A stretch of 61,968 nucleotides of DNA, filler included, from Candidatus Desantisbacteria bacterium CG1_02_49_89 (GCA_001871075.1; 6 parts of 6 records of this genome joined end to end with filler, not necessarily neighbours in it), one strand, 5' to 3'. Counted from the first letter of the whole stretch, positions 1 through 9,043 are shown. The notes: a model not told the origin generated them from the letters alone. Program-made: numbers and translations.

Positions 1-1628
1 GAGTCCAGGCCTGACGAGGTCTCAGGGGTGCTGTCGCTTTCCTTTTTCCATTCATTCCCTGCGTGTGCAAACTCTTTCTTTTCCTCGTTAAGCCTTGCTT
101 CCTCGTTCTTCTTTGCCTCAAGCCTTTCCTTCAGGGACCCAAGCAGGACCTTATTCTCGTTTATGCTGCTGAGGAGCTCATCCCTTTTCTTTGAAAGTTT
201 TCCGGCATCGTCCAGGATGGCGCTTGGGGAGATCCCTTCTTTGTTCTTGCCGGTTTCGCTGAACCTTTTTCCCTGGATGAAACAGCCTTCGCCGTCCCTT
301 TCGCCCTTCCAGGTGCAGACCGTGCAGCACATGCACAGCGAATCTTTTTCCCGTTTCTGGGCTTCTTTCAGGCCTGCCTCAACCGAATTGAGCTGCGCCT
401 CGTCTATACTGATGTCCGTTTTGCATTTCTCCGTCTCTGTCTCTATGCTTTTTATCTCGGTTATTATTCTGTGTAGATCCGTGTCAATGATCTTTATTTT
501 ATTTTCTATCCTTTCCAGCTCCTCTATTATCTCCCCCTCCCTTTCGGAAAGGTTTTTCTTGCGCTCTTCCAGGACGATCACGCGGGAACCCGCCTTTTCC
601 CTGGAAGAAATGGATTCGTAATGCATTTCCCTGTGAAGCCTCAGGTCCTCTTCTCTTTTCGCGAGTTCTGAGCGCAGTTTTTCAAGGCCTGCCTCAGCGA
701 CCGAGAATTCTTTCTGGAATTCCTGTTCTTTTTCCCTTGCCGCGTCAAGGTCGCCCTTGATGGACGCCCGGTTGTCATTTATGCCGCGCAGCTTGTGGAG
801 CAGTAGCTTTATTTCCAGGTCCTTCAGCTCCGCCTTGTGCTTTTTGTAGCGCTCTGCCTTGCTGACCTGGCGCCTTATCGCGTTTATTGACCGCTTCACT
901 TCTGAAATGATGTCGGTGACGCGGAAAACGTTCTTCTGGGTCTCCTCCAGCCTTCTCATCGCCTCTATTTTGCGGATGCGGTACTTCATTATGCCCGCGG
1001 CCTCCTCGAACAGGAACCTGCGGTCCTCAGGCTTGCTGGTAAGCACCATGTTCACCTTGTTCTTTTCTATCAGGGAATAGGCGTTTGAGCCAAGGCCTGT
1101 GTCCATAAATACATCCGAGATATCTTTCAGGCGCACCGACTGCTTGTTTATGTAATATTCGCTTTCTCCCGACCTGTAGTAGCGCCTTGACACCGTGATC
1201 TCGGGAAGAGTTTTCCAGTCAATGGAGGCGTCGGTCACAACCACTTTTTTCCCCTCACTATTTTCCATCTCCATGGAGGTGGGGACAGCAAAGCCGTTCC
1301 CGACCCTTTTTTCCTCACCTGGCGCCTGTGGCTGCCGCAGGTCTTTCGCTTTTATTTCCTCATATTCGGGATTATCGACCGTAAGAGAAACCTCGGTGTA
1401 ACCTTTGGGTTTGCGCGACTTGCTGCCGTTGAATATAAAATCCTCAAGCCCGCGCACCCTCAGAGTTTTTGTGCTCTGCTCCCCGAGTACCCATTGTATC
1501 GCGTCCGCAACGTTCGACTTGCCGCAGCCGTTGGGACCTACTATCGCGGTAACGCCGGTTTCAAACTTAAGCGTGGTGTTGTCCGCGAACGACTTGAACC
1601 CATTCATCTGTAACTTTTTTAAATACAT
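1..1628 (-). CDS. smc: Chromosome segregation protein SMC (3' part outside window)
   Basis: Not in ORF track; hand translation from ATG at 1628 gives MYLKKLQMNGFKSFAD...IVGPNGCGKSNVADAIQWVLGEQS (Walker A), RRYYRSGESEYYINK, FEEAAGIMKYR, then coiled coil; GGAGG RBS upstream. Confidence 0.96.
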   Translation of the reverse strand, partial: MYLKKLQMNGFKSFADNTTLKFETGVTAIVGPNGCGKSNVADAIQWVLGEQSTKTLRVRGLEDFIFNGSKSRKPKGYTEVSLTVDNPEYEEIKAKDLRQPQAPGEEKRVGNGFAVPTSMEMENSEGKKVVVTDASIDWKTLPEITVSRRYYRSGESEYYINKQSVRLKDISDVFMDTGLGSNAYSLIEKNKVNMVLTSKPEDRRFLFEEAAGIMKYRIRKIEAMRRLEETQKNVFRVTDIISEVKRSINAIRRQVSKAERYKKHKAELKDLEIKLLLHKLRGINDNRASIKGDLDAAREKEQEFQKEFSVAEAGLEKLRSELAKREEDLRLHREMHYESISSREKAGSRVIVLEERKKNLSEREGEIIEELERIENKIKIIDTDLHRIITEIKSIETETEKCKTDISIDEAQLNSVEAGLKEAQKREKDSLCMCCTVCTWKGERDGEGCFIQGKRFSETGKNKEGISPSAILDDAGKLSKKRDELLSSINENKVLLGSLKERLEAKKNEEARLNEEKKEFAHAGNEWKKESDSTPETSSGLD

Positions 1629-1831
1629 CCTTCCTCCTCTCCCTTAAAATATGATTACAGTGATTATCAACTAATGATTACGGTGATTATATTCAGTGTC
1701 AAGAGTCAAGTGTCAAGAGTCAAGTAGAAAATTAATCTTGTGGAAATCGTGTGTAATCGTGTGGTTTATTCCGTGCCTCTGTGGTTTATATTTAACTTTT
1801 GCAATTTGAAATTTGAAATTTAACTTGTATT

Positions 1832-3112
1832 TTAGTATTTCAAAGCCTTAACGCCTATATCCCTGCGAAACTGCATCCCGTCGAAACTGATGTCCTTAAC
1901 GGTCTCATATGCCTTTGACCGCGCGTCTGTTATGTCCCTGCCAATCGCCGTGACACCCAGGACCCTGCCCCCGGCGGTCACTACTTTTCCGTCCTTAAGA
2001 GCAGTGCCTGCGTGGAAAATAACAACATCCTTCCTTTTCGCGGCTGCGTCAAGCCCTTTTATCTCTTTTTCCTTCTCGTACGCGTTCGGGTACCCGCCTG
2101 ACGCTGCAACAACGCAGACACAGGTTCCTTTTTTCCATTTAAGCTTTATTTTATTCAGCTGGTTATTCGCGCAGGCGAGAAGGACCTGTGCCAGATCTGT
2201 GTCTAATAATGGCAGTATCGCCTGCGTCTCAGGGTCCCCGAACCTGACGTTGAACTCAAGCACGTAAGGAACGCCCCCTGACACCATTATCCCCGCGTAA
2301 AGTATCCCGTTAAAACTTATTCCTTCTTTTTTGAACCCCCGCATCATCCTTCCGAAAACTTCCTCGCGTATTTTCCTGTCCAGGTCCAGCTCTTCTGTCA
2401 GGAGCGGAACCGGGGAATAAGCTCCCATGCCTCCTGTGTTTGGCCCCTTGTCATCGTCAAAAATACGTTTGTGGTCCTGGCTTGAGATGAGCGGTACGCA
2501 CGTGTCCCTGTCCACAAGCGCGAGCATCGAAATTTCTTCTCCGGGAAGGCACTCCTCTATTACGACCCTGGCCCCCGCGTCCCCGAATATCTTTTCATCC
2601 AGGATCCTGCGCACGGAATCTATGGCTTCGTCCTCGGTTTTGCACACGATAGCGCCTTTTCCGGCTGCAAGCCCGTCCGCCTTAACCACTATAGGCGCTC
2701 CCTTCTTCTTTATGTAGTCCGAAGCCGGCTTTGATTCCTTAAAAATTTCGAAGGGGGCTGTAGGAACCCCGTATTCCTCCATCATTATCTTGGCAAACAC
2801 CTTGCTTCCTTCAAGCCTGCTGGGTTCCTTGCCCGGCCCGAATATCGCAAGGCCTTCTTTCCTGAAAAAATCCGCCATCCCTTTTACAAGCGGCGCTTCG
2901 GGCCCGACAACAGTCAGGCCTATTTTTTCCTTTCTTACAAAATCCGCGATCGCCTTGAAATCGTCAAGCGGCAGGCCGAAGGGGCGATCCGCGATCCGCG
3001 ATATGCCCGCGTTGCCGGGGATGCAATAGACCTTTTCAACGCTTTTGCCCTGGGCTATCTTCCAGACAAGCGCGTGCTCCCTTCCCCCGCTTCCGATCAC
3101 TAATACTTTCAT
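1832..3112 (-). CDS. purD: Phosphoribosylamine--glycine ligase
   Basis: MKVLVIGSGGREHAL, KADGLAAGKG, GPNTGGMGAYSP, EFNVRFGDPETQ. Confidence 0.98.
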   Translation of the reverse strand: MKVLVIGSGGREHALVWKIAQGKSVEKVYCIPGNAGISRIADRPFGLPLDDFKAIADFVRKEKIGLTVVGPEAPLVKGMADFFRKEGLAIFGPGKEPSRLEGSKVFAKIMMEEYGVPTAPFEIFKESKPASDYIKKKGAPIVVKADGLAAGKGAIVCKTEDEAIDSVRRILDEKIFGDAGARVVIEECLPGEEISMLALVDRDTCVPLISSQDHKRIFDDDKGPNTGGMGAYSPVPLLTEELDLDRKIREEVFGRMMRGFKKEGISFNGILYAGIMVSGGVPYVLEFNVRFGDPETQAILPLLDTDLAQVLLACANNQLNKIKLKWKKGTCVCVVAASGGYPNAYEKEKEIKGLDAAAKRKDVVIFHAGTALKDGKVVTAGGRVLGVTAIGRDITDARSKAYETVKDISFDGMQFRRDIGVKALKY

Positions 3113-3127
3113 TCAAACTCCCAAGAT

Positions 3128-3255
3128 TTCCACGAAGACACGAAATCCCACGAAAAATTCTTTTATCTCAGATTTATAAAGAGAAAACCAACGAATTTAA
3201 GTGTAAAAATCTATCTTCTTTCGTGCCTTCGTGATACTTTCGTGCTTTCGTGGAA
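3128..3255. repeat. Non-coding element with inverted short-tandem-repeat arms (CACGAA-type left, TTCGTG-type right)
   Basis: ccacgaagacacgaaatcccacgaaa ... tttcgtgccttcgtgatactttcgtgctttcgtgg around an AT-rich core. Confidence 0.8.
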
Positions 3256-3256
3256 A

Positions 3257-3931
3257 TTATTTTTCTATTTTTGCCTTTTTGCCTTTGATTTTCAGCTTCC
3301 CGGACGCGAAAAGCTTCAGCGCCTGGGGATATGCGATGTGTTCGTATTTAAGCACGCGCTTCGCAAGCGTATCCGGTGTGTCGCCCTTGCGCACCCGCAC
3401 TTTCTTCTGCAGTATTATCGGGCCTGTGTCACAGCCTTCGTCAACGAAATGGACCGTGCACCCCGATTCTTTTACCCCGCTCTTCAGCACCGCCTCGTGC
3501 ACGTGATGGCCGTACATTCCTTCTCCGCCGAACCTGGGCAGGAGCGCGGGATGGATGTTCAGCACGCGGTTTTTGAAGTTCCTTACGAAGTACGGGTGGA
3601 GTATCAGCATAAATCCTGCCAGGCACACCGCGTCTATATTCCTTTTTTTGAGTTCTTTAACCAATGCTTTCGCATATTCAAGCCTGTTCTTGTATTTTTT
3701 ATCAGTGAGGATCAGTGTCTCAATCCCGGCTTTTCCCGCCCTTTCCAGCGCGTACGCCTCCGGGTTATTGCTTATTACTAAAGATATTTTATAATTTTGC
3801 AATTTGCCCCAAAGGGACTCGTTCGAGCATTTTGCAATTTGCAATTTGACTTTGGGTCTCTGGTTGTCTATCAGCGCCTGTAAATTCGACCCACCTCCCG
3901 AAACCAAGACTGCAACCCTGGTCACCTTCAT
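3257..3931 (-). CDS. purN: Phosphoribosylglycinamide formyltransferase with short N-terminal insertion
   Basis: SGGGSNLQALID, LNIHPALLP, GCTVHFVDEGCDTGPII. Confidence 0.97.
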   Translation of the reverse strand: MKVTRVAVLVSGGGSNLQALIDNQRPKVKLQIAKCSNESLWGKLQNYKISLVISNNPEAYALERAGKAGIETLILTDKKYKNRLEYAKALVKELKKRNIDAVCLAGFMLILHPYFVRNFKNRVLNIHPALLPRFGGEGMYGHHVHEAVLKSGVKESGCTVHFVDEGCDTGPIILQKKVRVRKGDTPDTLAKRVLKYEHIAYPQALKLFASGKLKIKGKKAKIEK

Positions 3932-3952
3932 TTCTTTCCTTTTATTTTTGTT

Positions 3953-4211
3953 TACACGTTACACGGTTAGTTATATGGTACTCTGCCTTTCCCCTTACAC
4001 GTGACACGTTACACGTTACACGGTTAGTTATATGGTACTCTGCCTTTCCCCTTACACGTGACACGTTACACGTTACACGTTACACGGTTATTATTATGGT
4101 ACTCTGCCTTTCCCCTTACACGTGACACGTGACACGTTACACGGTTAGTTATATGGTACTCTGCCTTTCCCCTTACACGTGACACGTTACACGTTACACG
4201 TTACACGGTTA
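3953..4211. repeat. Tandem repeat of alternating 57/64-bp units built on ACACGTT heptamers
   Basis: Core ggttagttatatggtactctgcctttccccttacacgtg starts at 3965, 4022, 4086, 4143, partial at 4207. Confidence 0.95.
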
Positions 4212-5210
4212 TTATGCCAGCTCTACCGCCTGCTTCCCCTTCACCACGTCCCCGATCAGGTACGCCCTGACTGACCTTCCCGCGGCTCTCAGGACTGCCT
4301 TCGCCTGGGATCTCGGCACTACCAAAACCATCCCTATGCCCATGTTGAACGTGCGGAACATTTCTTTGTCGGGAAGGCCGCTTCTTTTCTGCACTTCTTT
4401 AAAGATCCCGGGCACAGGCCAGGTCCCCTTCTTTATTCTTATACCTGTGCCTTTGGGCAGGATCCTGGGCGGGTTCTCAAACAGGCCCCCGCCTGTTATG
4501 TGCGCGATGCCTTTTATCTTATATTTGGATATAAGCCTCATTATTATATCAGTGTAAATCCGTGTCGGTTCAAGCAGTTCTTCTTTGAATTTCTTCCATT
4601 CGCTCTTTTTGAAAAGCCTGCGCGTAAGCGAGAACCCGTTTGAGTGCAGGCCGCTGGACGCAAGCCCTATTACTTTATCGCCCGGCTTAATGTTCCTTCC
4701 GTCGATCATCTTTTCCCTTTCAACCACGCCCACAGCGAACCCCGCCATATCGTATTCGCCCTTCTGGTAGAAATCAGGCATTTCCGCGGTTTCTCCCCCG
4801 ATAAGCGCGCACCGCGAGATCCTGCAGCCCTTTACGATCCCCCTCATCGCTTCTTTCGCGTCCTTCAGGCTCAACTTCCCTGTGGCGAAATAATCCAGGA
4901 AGAAAAGCGGCTTCGCGCCGCAGCATATCAGGTCATTCACTGACATCGCGACAAGGTCAATGCCCACGGTATCGTGTTTCTTCAGTTCAAATGCGATCTT
5001 CAGCTTTGTGCCCACCCCGTCAGTGCAGGAAACAAGCACCGGTTCCTTGTAACCCGCAGGAAGGGCGAACGCGGCGTTGAACCCCCCGATGCCGGCAAGC
5101 ACTCCCTTTGCGCCGAAGGTGGTCTTTGCCGCGCCTGTTATGTAATCAACAAGCCTGTCCCCCGCATCTATGTCCACCCCGCTATCCCTGTAGGTTATCC
5201 GCCTGGCCAT
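4212..5210 (-). CDS. purM: Phosphoribosylformylglycinamidine cyclo-ligase (AIR synthetase)
   Basis: TYRDSGVDIDAG, TDGVGTKL, GGETAEMP, SSGLHSNGFS, RTFNMGIG; ATG 5210 preferred over 5237 (RBS). Confidence 0.98.
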   Translation of the reverse strand: MARRITYRDSGVDIDAGDRLVDYITGAAKTTFGAKGVLAGIGGFNAAFALPAGYKEPVLVSCTDGVGTKLKIAFELKKHDTVGIDLVAMSVNDLICCGAKPLFFLDYFATGKLSLKDAKEAMRGIVKGCRISRCALIGGETAEMPDFYQKGEYDMAGFAVGVVEREKMIDGRNIKPGDKVIGLASSGLHSNGFSLTRRLFKKSEWKKFKEELLEPTRIYTDIIMRLISKYKIKGIAHITGGGLFENPPRILPKGTGIRIKKGTWPVPGIFKEVQKRSGLPDKEMFRTFNMGIGMVLVVPRSQAKAVLRAAGRSVRAYLIGDVVKGKQAVELA

Positions 5211-5348
5211 CCCTGTCTCCTTCTCCTCTCGTGACATCGTAACATCGTGACATCGTGAGTCGTTGAAAACAGATTAAGATTGAGATTAAGATTAAGGTTT
5301 TAAAACTGACAAAACCGACTAAACTATTATTTTAATTTTGACTTTTGC

Positions 5349-5410
5349 ATTTTGTTGAGCTGGTAGCGAAATCCCCCCTGCTTGCCCATTCAGGGCAAGG
5401 GGGGACATTT
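5349..5410. repeat. Dispersed palindromic repeat (second, expanded copy at about 36616-36726)
   Basis: ttttgttgagctggtagcga...atcccccctgYttgcccattcagggcaaggggggacatt shared by both sites. Confidence 0.85.
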
Positions 5411-5466
5411 TGACTTTTGCAATATTCTGTCTTTCCCTTACACGTAACACGTAACACGTTACACGG

Positions 5467-5877
5467 TTATACCCAGACCACTTCAACTTCCTTCTCCACG
5501 CTCTTGAAGTCCCTGTCCCCCGTGACGATCTTCGCGCCCTTGGCTTTCGCGACCGCCACCACAAGGGCATCCCCCAGGCTCAGGGGGAACTGCACCCTGA
5601 TCTCTCCCGCCGCCATCAGGAGCTGCTCGTCTAAGCCCACGGATTCAATGGGAAGGTTCCTCACCAGCACCATTGTTTTCAACGCCTTATCCCTTCCTTC
5701 CTCTTTTAATACAATATGATATATTTCAGCCAGGTCCATTGATGTAAGGAATATAACCGCGTCGCGCTTCTGCGCCTTCTTGAGCATTTCCTCAATGAGC
5801 GCGGAACCGTTTTCGTTGTTCAGGTAGGCAAGCATCGCGCAGGTATCCAGGACGTATTTATCTTTCGGCGAATCCAT
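5467..5877 (-). CDS. vapC: PIN-domain (VapC-family) toxin
   Basis: YVLDTCAMLAYL, LAEIYH, LSLGDALVVAVA, IVTGDRDF acidic PIN motifs; 136 aa. Confidence 0.9.
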   Translation of the reverse strand: MDSPKDKYVLDTCAMLAYLNNENGSALIEEMLKKAQKRDAVIFLTSMDLAEIYHIVLKEEGRDKALKTMVLVRNLPIESVGLDEQLLMAAGEIRVQFPLSLGDALVVAVAKAKGAKIVTGDRDFKSVEKEVEVVWV

Positions 5878-5905
5878 CCTGCTTAATTTTCCTCCGCGTA
5901 TAATT

Positions 5906-5989
5906 TGTCATTGCGAGGAGTGTACCGACGAAGCAATCTCTGTTTTAACAACTAGATTGCCACACTCACTTCGTTCGTTCGCAATGACA
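5906..5989. repeat. GTCATTGCG...CGCAATGAC palindromic element between antitoxin and toxin
   Basis: tgtcattgcgag...gcaatct...agattgc...cgcaatgaca; related cores at about 26165, 56501, 61735. Confidence 0.85.
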
Positions 5990-6012
5990 TTATCGGGTTT
6001 TTTACGTTTGTA

Positions 6013-6255
6013 TCAGTACTCTTCTTTATACTTCTTCAATTCCTGCTTCAGCTCTGACATCACTTCTTTGGACGAACGCCTGAACTTCAAGAATCCCCTT
6101 GCTGACTGTATCGGGTCTTTGGCAAGCGGGACCAGCACGATGGCGTTGTCAACCTCAAGGATTTCCAGACTGTCGTGCGGCCCTATGTTATATTTCTTTC
6201 TTAAATTAGCAGGTATTACGATCTGACCTTTTGAAGAGACGTTTGCTATTGACAT
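6013..6255 (-). CDS. AbrB/MazE/SpoVT-family antitoxin
   Basis: MSIANVSSKGQIVIPANLRKKYNI; directly upstream of PIN toxin; GGAGG RBS. Confidence 0.9.
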   Translation of the reverse strand: MSIANVSSKGQIVIPANLRKKYNIGPHDSLEILEVDNAIVLVPLAKDPIQSARGFLKFRRSSKEVMSELKQELKKYKEEY

Positions 6256-6290
6256 CCTACTTTCCTCCAAAAAGTACTACATAGCCTACT

Positions 6291-6318
6291 ATTATAGCAC
6301 TTTTTCCTTAAAAGTCAA
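6291..6318 (-). promoter_or_regulatory. Sigma70 promoter for the AbrB-VapC pair
   Basis: TTGACT-N16-TATAAT on minus strand. Confidence 0.65.
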
Positions 6319-6383
6319 TAAAAAAGTTAATTTAGCACTATTTTTAAGAAAAGGTAGTACTTATATAAAATAATTAAAAGAGC

Positions 6384-6412
6384 TTGACTTTCTGCGTTTT
6401 GTGTGGTATAAT
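6384..6412 (+). promoter_or_regulatory. Sigma70 promoter for the ATPase gene
   Basis: TTGACT-N17-TATAAT with TG extension. Confidence 0.7.
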
Positions 6413-6484
6413 TATAATGTCGGTTATAAACCGACATTTTTATACTAAATTTGTCGGTTAATATCCGACACAAAAGGAGACAAT

Positions 6485-7672
6485 ATGGATCAGCAAACAA
6501 TATACCCCAGAAGGCTTGAAACCAGACTGCTTGAGGAAATGGGCTCGCAGAAAATAGTGGTGCTGACCGGGATGAGGCAGACAGGCAAAACAACCCTCAT
6601 GCGAAAGATCTTCAATTCGGTTAAAAGTGATAACAAGGTCTTCCTTGATCTGGAAAATCCTCTGAATCAGAAGGTTTTTGAAGAGGAGAATTTTGACAAT
6701 ATCCTGCGGAATTTAAAAGCAGTCAATATTGACCCGGCAGGCAAATGCTGCATCTTTCTTGACGAAATACAGTTGATGCCGGAGATCTCAAAAGCCGTCA
6801 AATACCTCTTTGACCGTTACAAGATCAAATTCTTTCTGACTGGTTCAAGCAGCTTCTACCTGAAAAACCTTTTCTCTGAATCTCTGTCAGGAAGAAAAGC
6901 GGTTTACGAACTCTTCCCTCTTGATTTTGAAGAATTTCTTATTTTTAAGGAATCGGCAAGGGAGCCTTGCGGCAGTTTATCGGAAGCGGCGGCAAAGAAG
7001 AATAAAATATCATATGGGCTCAAAGGAGGGCTTTTCAAGGAATATCTTGAATTCGGGGGTTTCCCCGGAGTCGTGTCTGAAAAACCGGGTAAAACGAAAA
7101 CGCTGGGGGACATCTTTACTTCTTATTTCGAAAAAGACGTAAAGTCTCTGGCGGATTTCAGGGAAATCAATAAATTGAGGGATATTGTCCTGCTGCTGGC
7201 AAACAGGGTGGGTTCAAAAATCGATATTACCAAAATTTCAAGCGAAATCGGTATTTCCCGGGAAACGGTTTACTCGTACCTGAACTTTCTTGAAAAAACC
7301 TATTTTATATTCCTGGTCCCGCCCTTTTCGGGAAGCCTGAACGGGGAAGTAAGGGGGGCGAAGAAAGTCTACTTTTGCGACATAGGCCTGCTGAATTACT
7401 TAGGCAAAATAAGCGAAGGCGCTGTCTTTGAAAACGCGGTATTCAATAACCTGAGGAAATACGGAAAAATAAATTATTACCAGAAACATAAGGGCCCTGA
7501 GATTGACTTTATTCTGGAAGAAAAAATCGCCCTGGAGATCAAGATGCACGGAGACACGTCAGATATAGTGAAACTGTCAAGGCATGCCGTAAACCTTAAA
7601 ATAAAAGAACATTATTTGGTCACTGGGAATTTCTTTGACCATCCCCGGGCAATACCCGCGCAGGACCTGTAA
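6485..7672 (+). CDS. AAA_14 ATPase with DUF4143 domain
   Basis: GMRQTGKTT Walker A, IFLDEIQ Walker B, LTGSSS, GGFP, KKVYFCDIGL, EIDFI...ALEIK nuclease-like tail. Confidence 0.9.
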   Translation: MDQQTIYPRRLETRLLEEMGSQKIVVLTGMRQTGKTTLMRKIFNSVKSDNKVFLDLENPLNQKVFEEENFDNILRNLKAVNIDPAGKCCIFLDEIQLMPEISKAVKYLFDRYKIKFFLTGSSSFYLKNLFSESLSGRKAVYELFPLDFEEFLIFKESAREPCGSLSEAAAKKNKISYGLKGGLFKEYLEFGGFPGVVSEKPGKTKTLGDIFTSYFEKDVKSLADFREINKLRDIVLLLANRVGSKIDITKISSEIGISRETVYSYLNFLEKTYFIFLVPPFSGSLNGEVRGAKKVYFCDIGLLNYLGKISEGAVFENAVFNNLRKYGKINYYQKHKGPEIDFILEEKIALEIKMHGDTSDIVKLSRHAVNLKIKEHYLVTGNFFDHPRAIPAQDL

Positions 7673-7692
7673 AACAGGGAAGATCTAACAAT

Positions 7693-7723
7693 AAAAAAAC
7701 CCGCTGGCTCTGGCGGGTTTTTC
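7693..7723. terminator. Bidirectional intrinsic terminator
   Basis: aaaaaaacccgc-tggctctg-gcgggttttt between convergent genes. Confidence 0.75.
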
Positions 7724-7771
7724 TTCTGAAATAACTTACAGCATAAAAAACTTCAAAGGACTTGTTTCATT

Positions 7772-7879
7772 TCACTGTTTATTCACTTTGTCCAGAATAT
7801 TGCTTAGCTCATCCATTGTATAAGGTTTTGGCAGGGCATGGCAAAAACCGTATTCGCCCGGATTGACTATCGCGGGATC
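7772..7879 (-). CDS. C-terminal fragment of a receiver-domain protein (likely hybrid histidine kinase), cut by gap
   Basis: Hand translation DPAIVNPGEYGFCHALPKPYTMDELSNILDKVNKQ*; KP motif of receiver domains. Confidence 0.6.
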   Translation of the reverse strand, partial: DPAIVNPGEYGFCHALPKPYTMDELSNILDKVNKQ

Positions 7880-7980
7880 GNNNNNNNNNNNNNNNNNNNN
7901 NNNNNNNNNNNNNNNNNNNNNNNNTTAATTAATTAANNNNNNNNNNNNNNNNNNNNNNNNNNNNNNNNNNNNNNNNNNNN

Positions 7981-8146
7981 TAATTTTGTTCGTCTTGGGC
8001 CCAAAATAACGCATAACCGACGCCTGTGAAACAAAAACCGATATCGCGCCCGCTATGAAAAAAGCAGGGATAAGGCAGGTAAGCACGTGCGCAGAAAGAT
8101 ATTCAAGTATTGCCTGGAATCCCGCAGATAAAAGTTTTGCCAGCAT
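7981..8146 (-). CDS. Permease (ArsP/DUF318-like), N-terminal part, cut by gap
   Basis: LEYLSAHVLTCLIPAFFIAGAISVFVSQ; follows ArsR gene. Confidence 0.8.
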
Positions 8147-8186
8147 AAATCCTCCTTAATCCGTCTATTATATAAATGAGGAAATA

Positions 8187-8537
8187 TTACTTATGGGGCT
8201 TTGCTTTACTTAGTTTAACCGCTTTCTTCAATCTTTTACTGTCTTCAATAATTATGTCTTCGTCACGCAGCCACTTTTTAATAAGTGCGTTTATTTCCTG
8301 GTGATACTCGTTGAATTTCTGTCTGCTTGTGGAATAGTGGACCCACAGGCCGTCGCGCCTGTCAGAGATCAAACCGGCGTTCTTTAAAATGCCCAGATTC
8401 CTGGAGGCGCGGGTCTGGGATATATTCATTGCCTGCATTATCTCGCAGACGCATAGCTCCCTTTGCTGCAGAAGTTTTATCATTCTCAGCCTTGTTGAGT
8501 CTGACAGCGCCTTGAATATTTTCACAAGCTCCCTCAT
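8187..8537 (-). CDS. arsR: ArsR/SmtB-family metalloregulator
   Basis: FKALSDSTRLRMI, ELCVCEI metal site, SQTRASRNL, RRDGLWVHYS. Confidence 0.9.
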   Translation of the reverse strand: MRELVKIFKALSDSTRLRMIKLLQQRELCVCEIMQAMNISQTRASRNLGILKNAGLISDRRDGLWVHYSTSRQKFNEYHQEINALIKKWLRDEDIIIEDSKRLKKAVKLSKAKPHK

Positions 8538-8557
8538 TTTTTTTCTCCGGTGTTCTT

Positions 8558-8606
8558 ATATTTGGATATGCGCATATAGTATAACACAGAAATCCGGTTT
8601 TGTCAA
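8558..8606 (-). promoter_or_regulatory. arsR promoter with possible ArsR operator
   Basis: TTGACA-N17-TATACT (8606-8578) followed by palindromic ATATGCGCATAT. Confidence 0.6.
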
Positions 8607-8647
8607 GCGTTTTATAATTTTCTAAGTTCCGCAACCCCGCGTATAAG

Positions 8648-8675
8648 TTGACAAAAAGGCAAAACCGAGTATAAT
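8648..8675 (+). promoter_or_regulatory. Sigma70 promoter
   Basis: TTGACA-N16-TATAAT. Confidence 0.7.
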
Positions 8676-8712
8676 ATAATAGGCGATTTGTCTGTTTTTC
8701 AGGAGTAACAAT

Positions 8713-9039
8713 ATGGACAATATTTCGTTTGAAGAATTCAAAAAGATGGACCTCAGGTGCGCCAGGATACTGGAGGTGCAGGACCATCCCAATGCCGACA
8801 AGCTCTACGTGATCAAGATCGACCTGGGCGCCGAGACAAGGCAGCTTGTGGCAGGCATAAAGCCCTGGTATAACAAAGAAGAGCTTGTAGGCCGGGATAT
8901 CGTGGTGATAACAAACCTTGAGCCGCGCGTTATACGGGGGATGGAAAGCAAGGGCATGCTGCTTGCGGCGCAGGACGAAGCAGGCGTGTGCATTCTTGTT
9001 CCTGAAAAGCCGGCAAAGCCGGGCAGCGCAGTTTCTTAA
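8713..9039 (+). CDS. Stand-alone tRNA-binding OB-fold protein (MetG C-terminal/Trbp111/CsaA-like)
   Basis: ISFEEFKKMDLR, HPNADKL, RQLVAGI, NLEPRVIRGMESKGMLLAA. Confidence 0.9.
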   Translation: MDNISFEEFKKMDLRCARILEVQDHPNADKLYVIKIDLGAETRQLVAGIKPWYNKEELVGRDIVVITNLEPRVIRGMESKGMLLAAQDEAGVCILVPEKPAKPGSAVS

Positions 9040-9043
9040 TACA

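Noticed and set aside
28-1647. Plus-strand ORFs 28-621, 859-1080, 1195-1401, 1405-1647
   Set aside because: Antisense shadows of smc; the same applies to most overlapping antisense ORFs in the track
3953-4211. Possible CRISPR array
   Set aside because: No unique spacers, units are fully repetitive, and no cas genes are in the window
7881-7980. N-flanked TTAATTAATTAA motif, repeated five times
   Set aside because: Artificial contig linker with stops in all frames; ORF ends at 7925, 26389 and 51150 and adjacency across linkers are artefacts
8362-8787. 141-aa minus-strand ORF
   Set aside because: Overlaps arsR, two promoters and the tRNA-binding gene; no recognisable motif
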